64,000 bases of DNA from Eledone cirrhosa (taxonomy: Eukaryota): positions 290,036,001 to 290,100,000 of the forward strand of contig OZ024740.1 of assembly GCA_964016885.1 (NCBI GenBank), read 5' to 3'. The translations under genes were made by a program, and so were the position numbers. Position 1 is the first letter of the stretch; every line of letters begins with the position of its first letter. Under the pieces are notes generated by a model. The model was not told the origin of the DNA and made no database searches. It saw only the letters and a program-made list of their open reading frames with translations. Of this stretch, positions 29,047 to 42,770 are shown one piece after another.

Positions 29047-29108
29047 ATTTAAAATGAAATAAAAACAATGAAATAAAAACAAAGAACAGGTTCCTTATAT
29101 TGAAAAAA

Positions 29109-29235
29109 TCATCATTTTACGATCGTTTCTGGGATATATATTTGTGTGTTGGTATGTATATCATATTAAAGATGTATTTAAAAAAAATATTACAAATTAT
29201 CAGAGGAGATATATTGCCATCTTCAGAAATGATGA
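29109..29235 (-). ncRNA. Type I hammerhead with ~85-nt stem II insertion
   Basis: RC: tcatcattt CTGAAGA tgg...cca GAAAC GATC GTA aaatgatga; perfect 9-bp stem I. Confidence 0.82.
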
Positions 29236-29607
29236 AGTATATTTATTGAAAGAAACAAAGTATTAATACAAAAAGTCTGTTTGGGAACAGGTTTTGAATT
29301 GACCAATAGAAAAGAGTTAGTGGTCAACTTGATAGAATAACAGTAGTAGAACTTTATGCTAGGAGTGGAGGAATGTAAATTTATGCTTTGAATGACAAGA
29401 ATACAATGGGGAAGAGAAAGGGGTTAAAATGAGGTCAAGTCAATGAGATAGTGAAGGAATCTCCCCCCCCCCCAAAAAAAAATTGATGTTATTAAAGAAT
29501 GTTGTTAAAAGCGAAGGGAAAGAATTTTTTTGTGGGATGAGAGTGTTAGTGAGAAATACTACTCCTGTTTAAATTTCTAGGAACCTAGATACATAAAAAG
29601 AAATTAA

Positions 29608-29811
29608 ATTTTCCAAAAGTGATCAGATTAGAGCAAAAATCACGAGCACTCTATCTCAAAATTATTTTTGAAAAGCATAAGAAATGCGCAACCGGTAAAA
29701 ACTTAAAACTAAAACCGAATACTAACTAATACTTATTACTAATTTATACTTATTTCTAATTAAACTATTTTTCACTGGGAAAAATTTGTCAGCATTTTCT
29801 TTTCCTCTTTA

Positions 29812-29816
<5 letters not shown>
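29608..29816 (+). repeat. Dispersed repeat, same family as 50867-51075
   Basis: Near-identical ~200 bp (gatcagattagagc...cttttcc..ttactaatat), ending in (TA)n. Confidence 0.85.
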
Positions 29817-29851
<35 letters not shown>

Positions 29852-30044
29852 CATATATGTGTGTGTGTGTATGTTTATACATACATTTAAATGTGTTTGT
29901 GTGCTTTTTTCGATGGAAGTGGTTCAGTGTTTTCATCAACGTCAACAATCGATAGAATTTGTTGGCAACCCAGGAGACAGCTTTCATTTACAATTACATT
30001 CGTATTCCTACAGAAAATTAGCAATAAATTTATTCTAAATAATA

Positions 30045-30230
30045 ATTGTTTCTACTTTAGGCACAAGGCCAGCAATTACCAGTGCATTACTGGTACTTTA
30101 TTTTATCGACCCCGTAAGGATGAAAGGCAAAGTCAACCTCGGCGGGATTTGAACTCAGATGGTAAAGGGACGTAACTATGCTGGAAAGCATGGCGTCCGA
30201 CCCTCTACCGATACTGCCAATCCACCGCCC
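30045..30230 (-). mobile_element. tRNA-derived SINE
   Basis: SINE consensus. Confidence 0.9.
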
Positions 30231-30353
30231 ATTCTAAATAATAATGCTTTGCTTTCTCCTCTTAAGTGACAATAACTGTTTAAATAGGTTGTTATTACAG
30301 GTGATTAAGTGTAGCACTCAAGAATCGTAATAACCAAGTTTCGATGGGATACA

Positions 30354-30390
<37 letters not shown>

Positions 30391-30391
<1 letters not shown>

Positions 30392-30553
30392 AGGATTGTA
30401 CACTTTTTCGGGGGTGTGTGCAACCCCCATCACGTCCCCTCCCTTTTGAGGTTATTTTCGATTATTTTCATGTTACACCCTTTTTACTCGATTATATGTA
30501 AACCCCCCTTTGTATTTGTCCCTTCTTTTTATGCCTTTATGGTAAATAAAGAA
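30391..30553 (+). mobile_element. 3'-terminal fragment of a Tx1-like LINE inside a (TATC)n tract
   Basis: Matches the 3' UTR at 38880-39050 (ttgtaca..tttcgggg.gtgt..caacccc ... aataaagaa). Confidence 0.8.
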
Positions 30554-30627
<74 letters not shown>

Positions 30628-30639
30628 ATCTATCTATCT

Positions 30640-33497
30640 CGAAGAAGATAGACGAGTTTTTGTTTCGCTCCTGCATTTTGTTGGAATTTATTACGAGAAG
30701 CGGTAGGTTTGTTTAAGCTACTTATTTGTTGTGTTTAACCCCTCGCCTGGGCCTGCAGACGTTGGGTAAAATAAATTTCGCCCCTTTTTGGGGCGAAATT
30801 TGATAGTTATATGTTAGCGATAAAAAGTCGTTTAGTGACAATAGACGCCATTAACACGACGCATGCCCCCCCCCCCCCCAAAGGCAAGTGATAGGGAGAA
30901 GGTAGCAGGGCAACGCTGTAAGCCTTCCCTCCTCACTCCCGCAAAAGACACCACGGAATCAAGAGAAAAAATTGTGGAAATGGGTGAAAACCCCAAAAGT
31001 AACAATTACACAAACAAGAACAACAATGACAATAACAACGCAACCAACAACAGCAACAATAACAATAACAACACAACCAACAACAGCAATAATGACAACA
31101 AAGGAAAAAGCAAGCCTACACGAATAAGAACAACAACAATGATAACAACACGAAAGAAAACGGACCCACAGCTGCAGTCCCCTTCGCACAGGCGGTTCGA
31201 GAAACGCAGACATACAAGGCACTGGACATCTCGAATGCCAAGAAATTGCTGAAAGAAGCAAGGAATTGTGTAAGTTTCGGGGAAGGTGGGGAATTCACAA
31301 TTACCTCCCCCGAAGAAATTAGAAGAGACACAGTTCTCAGAACCGTATATTTTTAGGACAGTTTCGAACGCGACTAGGAAACCGGCTCAATTGTCCCAAA
31401 GCGAAATTGAGCTGGTCCTAAGTAGTGCCTGGAAGGATATCGCTTTCATACAGAAAGAGAAACTGTATGGAAGCATATCTGTTTTAATGCAAGATGAATT
31501 GGCGGCACGGAAATATTCTGTGTCGCCAATTGTATCCAAAGCATACACCTTTTTCCCCACATATTTGGGGAAAAGAACTCAAAAGATAAGAATCTTGGGC
31601 ATCAGGCCAAATGTGAGCATTTGGTGGATACTAACGGGATTCTTAGAAGATGAGGACACAATCCTTTCGATAGGCGAATCCACCGGGGGGCGTATTCGGC
31701 GGCAATAGTCTTGAAGTTTTGGTCCAAATGAGACCAGAACGGATAGTAAGAGTACCGCAGCGGGTATCCCTGGATGGAGTCGCCTTCATAAACATTTCTG
31801 TTGAGGGCAGGCGGCCTTCATGCTACCACTGTTCAAGAAGTGGTCAACTTAGAGCTTCCTGTCCCCTTTTAAATGCCCCCCCCCCCCAAAAAAAAGACGC
31901 TTCTGTCCACTCCACACACAACAACACAACCACCACCACAACAACAACAACAACAACCACAACAACACGAAAAAATAACAACAAAAGACACTGTCCCACC
32001 CAACCCCTCCCCACCTAAAACAAATACAAAAGCAACCACAACAAAACCCCAAAATATATCCCTCCCCAACAAAACGGATGAGGACCCCTTATCAACGTCA
32101 CCCAGTGACGACGAGGGAGAACCCTTTCAACCGGCAAAAAATAAAGAAAAGAAGGTACCACATCAACAAAAATACAACAAACACACAGCCACCATCACAA
32201 ACAGAACAAACATAACAAACAAAAAAACCCGCCCCTCCCGAAAACATAACACATACTACAAAACGGAAACACACACAAGAACAACAAACAAAACAAACAC
32301 AACACAACAAAAACAGTATACATACATCAACACAAACAACAAAACACTTGTGCAAACAATAGACAAAGACCCTTCGGTGGAAACCGAAGGGAAAATGTTC
32401 ACCAACGCGGCGACTAAACCGCATTTAAAAATGATTAGGGTCCCAAGGGAACCTGCGCAATGCTCAAACAGAACTTTACCGGGGACATGGGGAACCCCTG
32501 TACTAGACCTAGCAACCGCGTTCTTTTGAAATGTCTCCCCACGACCACCCCAGACACCCCTCCCCCACCAAACGCTCCCACCTCACCACACACTGATGTC
32601 CCCACCACATCCCAAACCACCATCCCACCAAACAACCCCGCCGACACCCCCATGGAAATTGTGCAGCCTGATCCACAGGAGAAGGACAGGTAGGTGTCTT
32701 TTCCTTTTTCTCCACTCTAAACTCTTCACCACCAATATGGCTGTTATAAGAGTTGGATGTTTAAATGTGCGTGGCCTGGGGTGTCCTGGAAGCACGGCAA
32801 ACTCTTAAATGACCTCAGGTCGCACAGAATAGATGTGATAACTATTTGCGAGTCCAGGATCAGCAGCGAACACCAACTGGCTCCCATCTTCGACGACTTT
32901 GAGATCTATGCATCTCTCTGTCAGCCGAGGGTGGGGGCGGGGTGGTCGTTCTGCTGCGAAGACACCTGGGCCTCGCAAAAAGGAAGATACATCTGGACCC
33001 GGAGGGCCAACTGGTGGTTCTAGACGTCGGCAGTAGTGAAAGTGGAGCCTTCAGGCTGGTGGCAGCGTATGCCCCACATGGGACACCGCAACCGGACTTC
33101 TTTCAGCGCCTAGAGACTTTTCTGGGAACGTCTCGCACCTTGCTTTTAGTGGGGGACTGAAATGGTATCCTGGATGCACGTTGGGACTATGTAGGGCATG
33201 TCACGATAGAGGGGATGTAACAGCCTCAAACGGTTAATCGGCCGATTTGATCTGGCTGATAGATATCGACTAGATTTTCCGACTGTGCCACTGTGGACGT
33301 GGACTAATCGCAGCGGAACATCTAGGTCGTACTTAGATAGGTTCCTAGTTAGAAATAAGGATAGGGACATATTAAGCTGTCCACGAATGTTCATGGTTGA
33401 CTATTCGGATCACAAGTTGGTGACCGGAGTGGTCAAACTTGATAGAACCCATAGACAAGGACCCGGTTACTGGAAGCTAAACTTGTCCTTACCGACA
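30640..33497 (+). mobile_element. Tx1/L1-clade LINE copy A: 5' UTR, disrupted ORF1, APE domain of ORF2, 3'-truncated
   Basis: ORF1 zinc knuckle CYHCSRSGQLRASC; ORF2 from 32737 MAVIRVGCLNVRGL...LLLVGD...SYLDRFL...YSDH. Confidence 0.9.
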
Positions 33498-33499
33498 AT

Positions 33500-34602
33500 A
33501 GTTCACAAAAAGTTTTTTTTTTTAAATGGCTGAAGCTTCTTCACCAACATTCGAAGGAGGAAAGAGGAAGATATGCTTACAGCTTCCCCCTGCCACTGTC
33601 ATAGAAGCAGATGTCAAAGACAAAGGTCAGCCAGAGGAAGGATTTGACGTTGCCATGGCAACAAACCAAAAGTGTGAAACAATGAACAAAAACTACACAA
33701 ACCAGCGGCACCAGCAACAACAAGAACAACAATGCTACGAACGAAAACAACACTAACAACAATAACAATAACAACAACAACAAGTCCAATAACTGCAACA
33801 AGGAAGTAAACGACAAAATATCGTTTGCGCAAACCGTAAAGAAAACGGTAAGCTACACTCCGGTAGATATTTCAAATGCAAATGAGCTTTTGAATAACGC
33901 CAGACAGTACATAACTTTTGGGGAGAACGGATCATTTTCCATAAACTCTCCCCCAGATTTGCGAAGAGAAGCTGCCTTGAAAACTGTGGTTTTCAGGATA
34001 GTCTCAAACAAAACCCGAAAACAGACTCAACTTTCACAAGGCGAAATTGAGTTGGTTTTAGAAGATACCTTAAAAGACATTGTTTTCATTCAGAAGGGTA
34101 GACTCTACGGGAGTTTATCCATTCTGATGAAAGACCAACTGACAGCACAGAGATACTCTGTGTCGCCAATTGTGTCACCGTTATTCACCTTTTTCCCCAC
34201 TTACATGGGGAAAAGAACACAGAAAATAAAAATCCAAAGCATCACACCAAATATTGATATTTGGTGGGTACTATGTGGATTTTTAAACCTCGAAAAAGAC
34301 ACAATAATATCGGTAAGTAAGTCCTCCGGCGACCTGTTCAGCGGAACTAGCCTGGAAATTCTGGTCCAAATGACACCAGAACGAATAGCTAGGATCCCGG
34401 AACGTGTGCTGCTGGATGGGCTTATATACATAAACATTTTGGTCGAGGGTAGGCAGCCCTCATGTTACAACTGCCTAAGCAGGGGTCACCTGAGAGCTTC
34501 CTGTCCTCGGCTAACTAGCCAAAAAAAGGCATTACTGCCAACACCTGCAACACCAGCACAACAATCACCACCACCACCACCACTACCACCACCACCACCA
34601 CC

Positions 34603-34638
<36 letters not shown>

Positions 34639-37600
34639 TAAAAATAGTGACAACAAAACAAACGACAAACACAGTCCCACTCAACCCCTCCCCACCTAAA
34701 ACAACTCCAGAAACACCCACACATATAACAGCTCCACAAAATGTACCCCTCCCCAACAACACGGATGAGGCCTCATCATCGTCACCCAGTGACGATGAGG
34801 GAGAGACTTTCCGACCAGTAAAAATAAAAAAGAAAAGACATAACACAAACAAAAATGCAACAAACACACAAACACCAACACAAGCGACGCAAACAGCACA
34901 AACAAAAACACCCCCTCCTGAAAACAAAACACTTACTACAAAACGTAATCACACACAAGAACCACAGACAAGAAGCAAAACAACACAACAAAAATGTTAC
35001 ACCTACATAAATACTAACAATAAAACTTTAACATGCACCATATATAAAAACCCTTCGGTGGAGGCCGAAGGAAAAACTTTTACACACCCTTCGGAGGATC
35101 CAAATCTTAAAATGATTAGGATCTCCATGGACACACATAAACAGTTAAGAGAAAAATTTCCTAACGACGTAGGTAACCCCTGCGTCAAACCCTATAACCG
35201 CGTCCTTTTGAAATGTTTCCGTACCCCCACCCCAGACACTCCCACCCCAGACATCCCCACCCTACCAGAAACCCCCTCCCACCAAACATCTCCGTCCCCA
35301 CCCCGCCAGAGACCACCACCCCACCAAACAACCCCTCCAACACCCCCATGGAAATTGTGCAGCCTGGTCCCCAGGAGACGAAGAGGTGAGTGATTTCTTT
35401 TCCTCCTCTTTTAACTTTTCAGCACCAACATGGCCAATATAAGAGTTGGATGTGTGAATGTACGCGGCCTGGGGATGCCCTGGAAACAGGGAAAACTCTT
35501 AAACAACCTCAGGTCGCACAGTATGGATGTAGTAGCCATTTTCGAGTCCAGGATCCACAGCGAGCGACAACTGGCCCCCATCTTCAACGACTTGAGATCT
35601 ACGCATCTCTCTGTCAGCCGGGAGATGGGGGTGGGGTTGCCGTTTTGCTGCGGAAACACCTGGACCTCGTAACACAGACGGTACATCTGGACCCGGAGGG
35701 TCGACTGGTGGTCCTAGACGTTGACGGTAGTGAAGGTGGAGCCTTCAGGCTGTTGGCCGCATATGCCCCATCCGGGACACCGCGGCCAGACTTCTTCAAA
35801 CGTCTAGAGACTTTTCTGGGAACGACCTGCTCCCTGCTGTTAGTGGGGGACTGGAATGGAATCCTAGATGCACGTTGGGACTATGTGGGAGCATGTCCCG
35901 ATAAAGGGGGTGTAACAGTCTCAAACAGTTAATCGACCGATTTGACCTGGACGATAGATATCGACTAGATTTTCCGACTGTGCCACTGTGGAGGTGGACT
36001 AATCTCAGCAGAACATCTAGATCGTACCTAGATAGGGTTCTAGTTAGAAAGAAGGATAGGGACATGTTAAGCTGTCCGCAAATGCTCATGGTTGCCTATT
36101 CAGATCACAAATTAGTGACCTGCTTAGTCAACCTTGACAAAACCCATAGAGAGGTACCCGGCTACTGGAAGCTGAACTTGCCGTTACCGACAAACAAGGC
36201 CTACAGTAGACGGATTAGCACTTTAGTTAAGCAGCACTTGACGGGGGCCATTGTTAACAGCAGATGGTGGTACTCTCTCAAGAGGGCAGTTAGATTAGAC
36301 TCAATAGGTTTTAGTAAAGAATTAGTGTTAGATAGAATTAAGACCGAAAAGAAACTGGTAGATAAAGTAGAAGAGGCACTTAGGAGTGGCAACGTAGCCA
36401 GCGTGCTAGCGACGAGAACGGCCTTGGACCAGTTCTTCGACGCAAAGCATGAAGGCTGCGTTGTCAGAAGCAAAATATGTGCTCTGGGAAACGAGGGAGC
36501 CAAAGCTGTTAGCTGGGCTCGAGTGACGGAGGCGAAAAGTGGCAACAAGTCCACGATTCTGTCTTTGAAGGACCAAGAGGGACGCGTGATACGTGAGCCG
36601 AAGCAGATGTGCGCGGCCTTTCAGCGGCAATTTGCTCAACTGTTCGGCAGGGCGGCGCGCCGGGAGGGGCTATGGATTTCGGTCGTTACCTCGACGGCCT
36701 ACCGTGACTCTCGGACAGCAAGGCGAAGTTCTGCGAAAGGCCGATTTCGGCCGCTGAGATAGGGGACGCGCTGAACCAATGCGGCAAACGCAAATCTCCA
36801 GGTCTCGACGGTCTACCCTACGAATTTTACGTAGCAATGCCGGACTTGTTCTCCGGTCTCCTGGAAGTGGTCTACTGCAACTGGCAGCAGAACGGGAGAA
36901 TGCCCAGTTCTGTGACCAAGGGCGTAGTCACGTTAGTCAGGAAGGACGAGAATAAGGGTGATGACATAGGCAACTTCCGGCCCATAACTCTGCTCAACAC
37001 TGAGTTACAAATTTTGGCCAAGGTGTTGGCAAAGAGGCTGGTGCTTGTCGTCGAAAACCTGGTGGGAGAAGCGCAGACATGTGCAATCACGACCAGGTCC
37101 ATACACGACAACCTCCACCTCACGCGATACATCATAGAGAGAGTAGGGTGTAAACCCGGCTTCGATGGGGCTCTGATCAACTTGGATCAGTCTAAGGCTT
37201 TCGATAGGGTTGACCATCGTTATCTGGATGCGGTGCTCGAGGCGGCAGTCTTTGAACCCGTGTTCAGGGGCTGGATTGCTGTAATGCACAGCAGCAACAT
37301 CTGCTCAAGTGTCAAGGTGAACGGTTACCTCTCGGAGCCATTCCAAATCACGCGATCCATTCGACAGGGATGCCCTCTCTCCTCCCTTCTGTACGTACTG
37401 ACTATCGAGCCACTACTGCGAAAGTTGGAGCTGTTCAGGGCATCCCTTTGGAACCGGGACTGCGAAAAGCGGCGTCGGCCTACGCCGACGACGTGACAGT
37501 AATGGTGTCGAGCACCTCGCAAATCGGGGAGGTCAGCACCTTACTGGAGGAATACGAAAGGTTTCACAGGAGCGAAGCTGAACCGGGACAAATCCGTCGG

Positions 37601-39052
37601 TTTGCAACTCGGAACGTGGATAGGCAAACCGATGCCTTCCGATGGCGTCGTCGGACGCTGGACGGAAGGACCTGTAAAGCTGCTCGGGGTCTGGTTTGGT
37701 CCGGACCTCCAGGTGGAGAAGAACTCGAACGAGGTGACGGCCAAGGTGTTTGCGCTCACCCAGAAGTGGGCCGAGTGCAAACTATCCTTGAAAGGTCGAG
37801 CGGAGGTGGCGAACACTTTTATAGCGTCCGTCATCTACTACCGCTTGACCGTCGTGCCTTGTCCAGCCAAAACGCCCACCACTTCCTTTGGAAGAAACGG
37901 GCTCCTTTGGTGAGAAGATCCATCTGCTGCCAACACCCTTCAAACGGAGGGCTGGAGGTTCCGTGGCTGACGATGCTCAAACACGCGCTCAGGCTGCGGC
38001 ACCTCCACGTATTCCTCACCGGACAACCGGTTCGTGAGGCGAGCCTTCCCAAGACTCGTCCCGCTGACCGAGCTGCAGTCCTGGGTCAAGTAAATACCGA
38101 GGAAAACGGGCGACTGGCACATCGAATGTGCTCAGGCGCTCACAGTCCTCTGGCAAACGGCCCGGCGATCAGTGGAGACTCCACTTCGACATTCTATAGA
38201 GGGTTGGTCCTCAGAAAGTGCGACGACACGTTCGGAGAAACTCTGGGCGTAGGGAGGACGAACTGGCCAGTCTGTTCGGTAGGACCTTCCGCCCGGGACC
38301 AATGGACAACTTACAAAGTCCCTGGCCTGGCAGTGCTACCGAGGAGCTCTACCAGTTCGAGACAAGCTCTACAGATACGGGTGCCCGAGTAGGGACCCTT
38401 CGAAAAAGATCTGTCCGAGATGCGTGCGCGACGAGAAAACTGTCGCGCACGCATTTGTACAGTGCCCGGGCGTTACCGATCTGTGGGGCTATGTAGAACG
38501 ACTATTGTCGCGGGTGGGACTAATCCAGTTGACCACCGAGTCCATTGTCATGATCAAACCGCCACCCTGCTTCAAAAACGAGGGAGATGCGGTTTTCCTA
38601 TGTGTTATGGCTATGGTGAAAGAGGTTATATGGTGGACGAGGTTAAAAGAGCTGAGGTCAGACACCTTTCTCTCCGGCGAGCAACTGATTCGTTTTTTCA
38701 AATATCATTTTGGAAGAAGAATCAGGATGGAGAGAGAGGTGCTGAACCCCAGCAAATTTTATAAAAGGTGGGTGAAAGATGGCTCGAGTGGTTTGGCCTT
38801 CTCTCTATATAAGCCTGTAGGTTGAGGAAAAAGAGGAAGAGAGGAAGGGAGTACTCACTCTTGGTGCTCCTGGAGATGAGGGTTGTACATTTTTTCGGGG
38901 TGTGTACAACCCCTGTGTAACGCCTCCCCCATATTGGGGATTTCAATTGTTATTTGTTATTTTATTAATAGTTTTATTTTCATATACCTGTATGTAAACT
39001 CCCTACTTGTATTTGTCCCTTTCTTATGTCCCCTTGTGGCTAATAAAGAAAT
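33500..39052 (+). mobile_element. Tx1/L1-clade LINE copy B, near full length, frameshifted
   Basis: ORF1 33526-35389 with CYNCLSRGHLRASC; ORF2 35430-38825 with APE, RT (FRPITLLN, LDQSKAFDRVDH, IRQGCPLS, YADD) and C-terminal HAFVQC; AATAAA at ~39042. Confidence 0.95.
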
Positions 39053-39065
39053 TTATCTACATAGA

Positions 39066-39360
39066 TATATGCAGAGGGGAGGGTCATATTTGTGTAATAT
39101 TGCCAGAATTAATAACAGAACACACTCACTGTTTGGTTGGTTTTCGCTTTTCGCTTCTGTGTCTTTTATATCGGTAATCTAATTTATTCGGTCCTCAATG
39201 TTGCCATTGACTGACCGACGGTAAAAAATAATACAGATACAATATAGACACAAACACATATATAGTTTATCAAAGTTCTTTCGTTGCACATCTGCAACAT
39301 CGTCAGTGGTGCTATTGTTTCCTCCCGTTACATTGTATGTCTACACCATTTTTATTTAGT
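39066..39360 (-). mobile_element. Solo PLE pseudo-LTR (same family as 25480-25772)
   Basis: Reverse-complement similarity over the terminus and hammerhead. Confidence 0.75.
39269..39312 (-). ncRNA. Minimal hammerhead ribozyme
   Basis: RC: acca CTGACGA t GTTGCA gatg TGCAAC GAAA gaac TT tgat. Confidence 0.7.
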
Positions 39361-39714
39361 CTTCTTAATTCAATGTACATCTTTAAAAGTTAATAACTTT
39401 GAATTATACACGATAAACATACACGTTGAACTGTATATATTAACTTTATATGAATTTTATGCAATGCAGTATATTTTCACAAACATTCTACCTAAATAGC
39501 AATTTTCGCGGTACCTCGTGCTTACTAACTAGCTTTACAACTTGTTGAAGACATTCCCCAGATGCTAATTATTTATAATAAACTATAGACAATTACCATG
39601 ATTTTAAGTACTGCCATGCCGCAAATCTCTATAAACAAGGCGGCCGTTTACAACCTCGTGTACATATAATGCTATAAATATCTATATTTATACAAGGACT
39701 TTATAAATCCCCTA

Positions 39715-39818
<104 letters not shown>

Positions 39819-39819
39819 G

Positions 39820-39921
<102 letters not shown>

Positions 39922-40319
39922 ATTTAAATATATATATATAAACATATGAGATATATATATATATATACAGTATATGTATATATGTATCTATATCTATATC
40001 TATATACATATATACATATATATATGTGTGTGTGTGTGTCCGTGGAGGTCTCTGTGTATATTCATTATTTTGCTATCAAGCCTGTTTGTGTTCCTGTGAG
40101 GTACGTGTCTAACTTTGGAAAAGCACGTCTATGATATTTGAGTTCTCGCGAGTATGTGTGTATTGTATATGTTTCAATGACAAGTTACTATGTATGTATG
40201 TATGCATGTGCGGAAGAACTCATAAGAGTCAACGGCCATCCAAAAGTGTGTAAAAATGTATATGCACATGTACATATGTATGTATATGTGTATATACATA
40301 CATATGTACATGTGCTCAG

Positions 40320-41532
40320 ATGACCCCTTAGCCTTTGTCAAGGCAGAATTCTAGGAAAGGAAAACTCTGATATAACACCTGCAACCCTGATGGTATCCAA
40401 TGATGTTGACTTGTTCTTCTTTTTGGTAAATATCATCTTGGTTAAGAGAGTGGGACTGGTTTTGTGCAGTGCCTTTGCTCACTATAAAAGCTTCACGGCA
40501 CAGGCATTGCTTTATATCTGGAGATCTCTCTGCACTTGTTGTCACATGGTACCATGGGCCCAGCACTGTGTCAATAATTGTCACAAGTGTAGTGTTTGTA
40601 CCAGAGTTTTCATGTCACAGGCTGGACTAAAAAGTCACACTCGTTCAGCGCATCGGTAGGGGTTCTCCTACATGGATATAAAGTAGTGGCCGTACTCGAA
40701 AACGAGTTGGCAACCACCATGTATGTATGTATGTATGTATGTATGTATGTATGTATGTATGTATGTATGTATGTATGTATGTATATATGTACCAAAACAA
40801 CTCTTTTATGGAGAGTTGGTTAAAGGAAAACGACCGCCACATAAACCAAAAAAGAGGTATAAGGATTCCTTGAAAGCCTCTCTGAAAGACGCTAACATCT
40901 CTGCTGATACATGTGAAAATATTGCTGCTGATCGTAATAAATGGAGAAAGACTGTATCTGAGGGAAAAGTTGCTTTTGAGGCATCTCGAATCGCATACAA
41001 GAAAGTAAAGCGGGATGTGAGGAAGGGCATTGCTGTTGCACTTCCATACGGCGAGGGTCCTCCTATGGTGCTGACATGCAGTGTCTGTGCGAGACTCTGC
41101 CTAAGCAAAGCTGGACTCGAAAGTCATCTTCGCAGTCATAAAGTAAGACCAGTGGTTGACTACCAGGCTGCTGTTGGAGATGCTACTCATCATGCTTGCC
41201 AAACATGTGGTAGAGAATGTAAATCAGCAGGAGGGCTCAAGCGACATGCAAAAGTAAATGAACTCCAACCACAGCCGACTATTCCCAGTGAATGTTTTGG
41301 TTGCCGACTCTGTGCAAGACATTTTAGATCATTGGCTGGGCTAAAAAGCCACATTCGATCGCAGCGCTGTTAGTTGCTATCGTGTGTGTGTGTGTGTATA
41401 GATATGTTTATGTGTGTGCGTGTATGTGTATATATATATGTATATGTATATTATTATTGTTGTTATTATTATTATTATTATTGTTATTAATGTATATGTG
41501 TGTGTGTATATGTGTGTGTGTGTGTATATATG

Positions 41533-41599
<67 letters not shown>

Positions 41600-42298
41600 C
41601 TTTTTTTATTTTTATTTTATTTTTTATTTATTTATTAATTTATTTTTCTCCTCGTGCAATGGCCATACTCGATAACGAGGGGGCAGCCATCATCATGTAT
41701 GTATGTATGTATGTATGTATGTATGTATGTATGTATGTATGTATGTATGTATGTATGCATGTATGTATGTATGTATGTTATGTCAGGTCGCTCTCGAGTG
41801 CTACTGGTAACATGTAACCCAGTACAACCTGTTTCATGGTGGGGTCGTCGGCGACTAAACCGGCAACCCCACAAAGGTTGCTTGGGGACGAGGGTTATAT
41901 TTGGATACCCTGCAGGATGAAATACAAGACCCGGCAAAGGGCTGAGGAACTCATTAGTACTTTGTTTTTCCACCTGGGAGAGAAAGGCCTCCAGTTGTTG
42001 TCACAACACCTTTCTAGGAGAGGGAAACTCTGAAAAAAAAAAACGTGCGGCTTCGGAAGCATCCGATGATGTTGACCAGTTCTCTTTTTCGGGTAGTGTT
42101 TTCGATGCTCAGAGAGTGGGATTGATCGAGTGCAAGGCCTTTCCCCACTTAAAAAAACCTTCAAAGTACAGGCATTGCTTGGTCAGGATATGTTACAGGT
42201 TCGTGTGGCTGGCCGTAGTCTAAAAGTGCACCAAACTCTATAATCTAACAAGCGATTGCAATACTTTTAGCAGAGTTTGCAGCCATCATGTATGTATG
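40320..42298 (+). mobile_element. Cluster of RTE-clade LINE 3' ends and RTE-related non-autonomous elements with (TATG)n tails
   Basis: 40790-41373 PKQLFYGEL..GKRPPHKPKKRYKDSLK..DRNKWR plus three C2H2 fingers; shared 3' end gcagccatcat(gtat)n at ~40715, 41690, 42285. Confidence 0.8.
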
Positions 42299-42770
42299 TT
42301 CTTCTGGTTTTATAATTTCACAAAGTTTTACCAATAGAGAGAGAGTCGGTTTCTAACATAGACACAAGACTCTCTCATTGGAATGTACACAACATCAACT
42401 AGGTAGATATGTATGTATGCATGCATGTGTAGATATGGATGTTATTGTGTTATTGTATGTGTGGATGTGTATGTTTTGAGTTGTATGTGTGCATGTGTAT
42501 ATGCTTTGTATCTGTACATGTGTATATGCAGTTATTAGATGCGAAATTTTTGGAATGTTTTACATATTTTTACTGTTCCATTAATGGATTGTACTTGTAA
42601 TTTCCTAACTAGTTGTGTTCTTTCTGTTCCTGTGAAGCCTAGCTTCTCAAGATTTGTATTGAGGCAGTTACTAACATATCCCAGTGTCCCAATAATCACA
42701 GGCATAAATCTGAAGGTGTAATCAGGGTGGAGTATCTGCAGATTTCGCATCAGTTCTGCATAAATATTCG
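42299..42770 (-). mobile_element. 3' end of an R4/Dong-like RLE retrotransposon within (TATG)n
   Basis: YAELMRNLQILHPDYTFRFMPVIIGTLG...QSINGTVKICKTF followed by a 3' UTR. Confidence 0.7.

Noticed and set aside
29608-29700. Possible G3-C8 hammerhead (GTGATCA...GAAA...GTA; CTGATCA at 50877)
   Set aside because: Stem I cannot pair (A-run on both sides) and the two copies disagree at position 3.
41780-41870. HDV-like ribozyme at the 5' end of the RTE-related element (gtcgtcggcgactaa)
   Set aside because: A P4/J4-2-like part is present but I could not assign P1 or P3/L3; needs a descriptor search.
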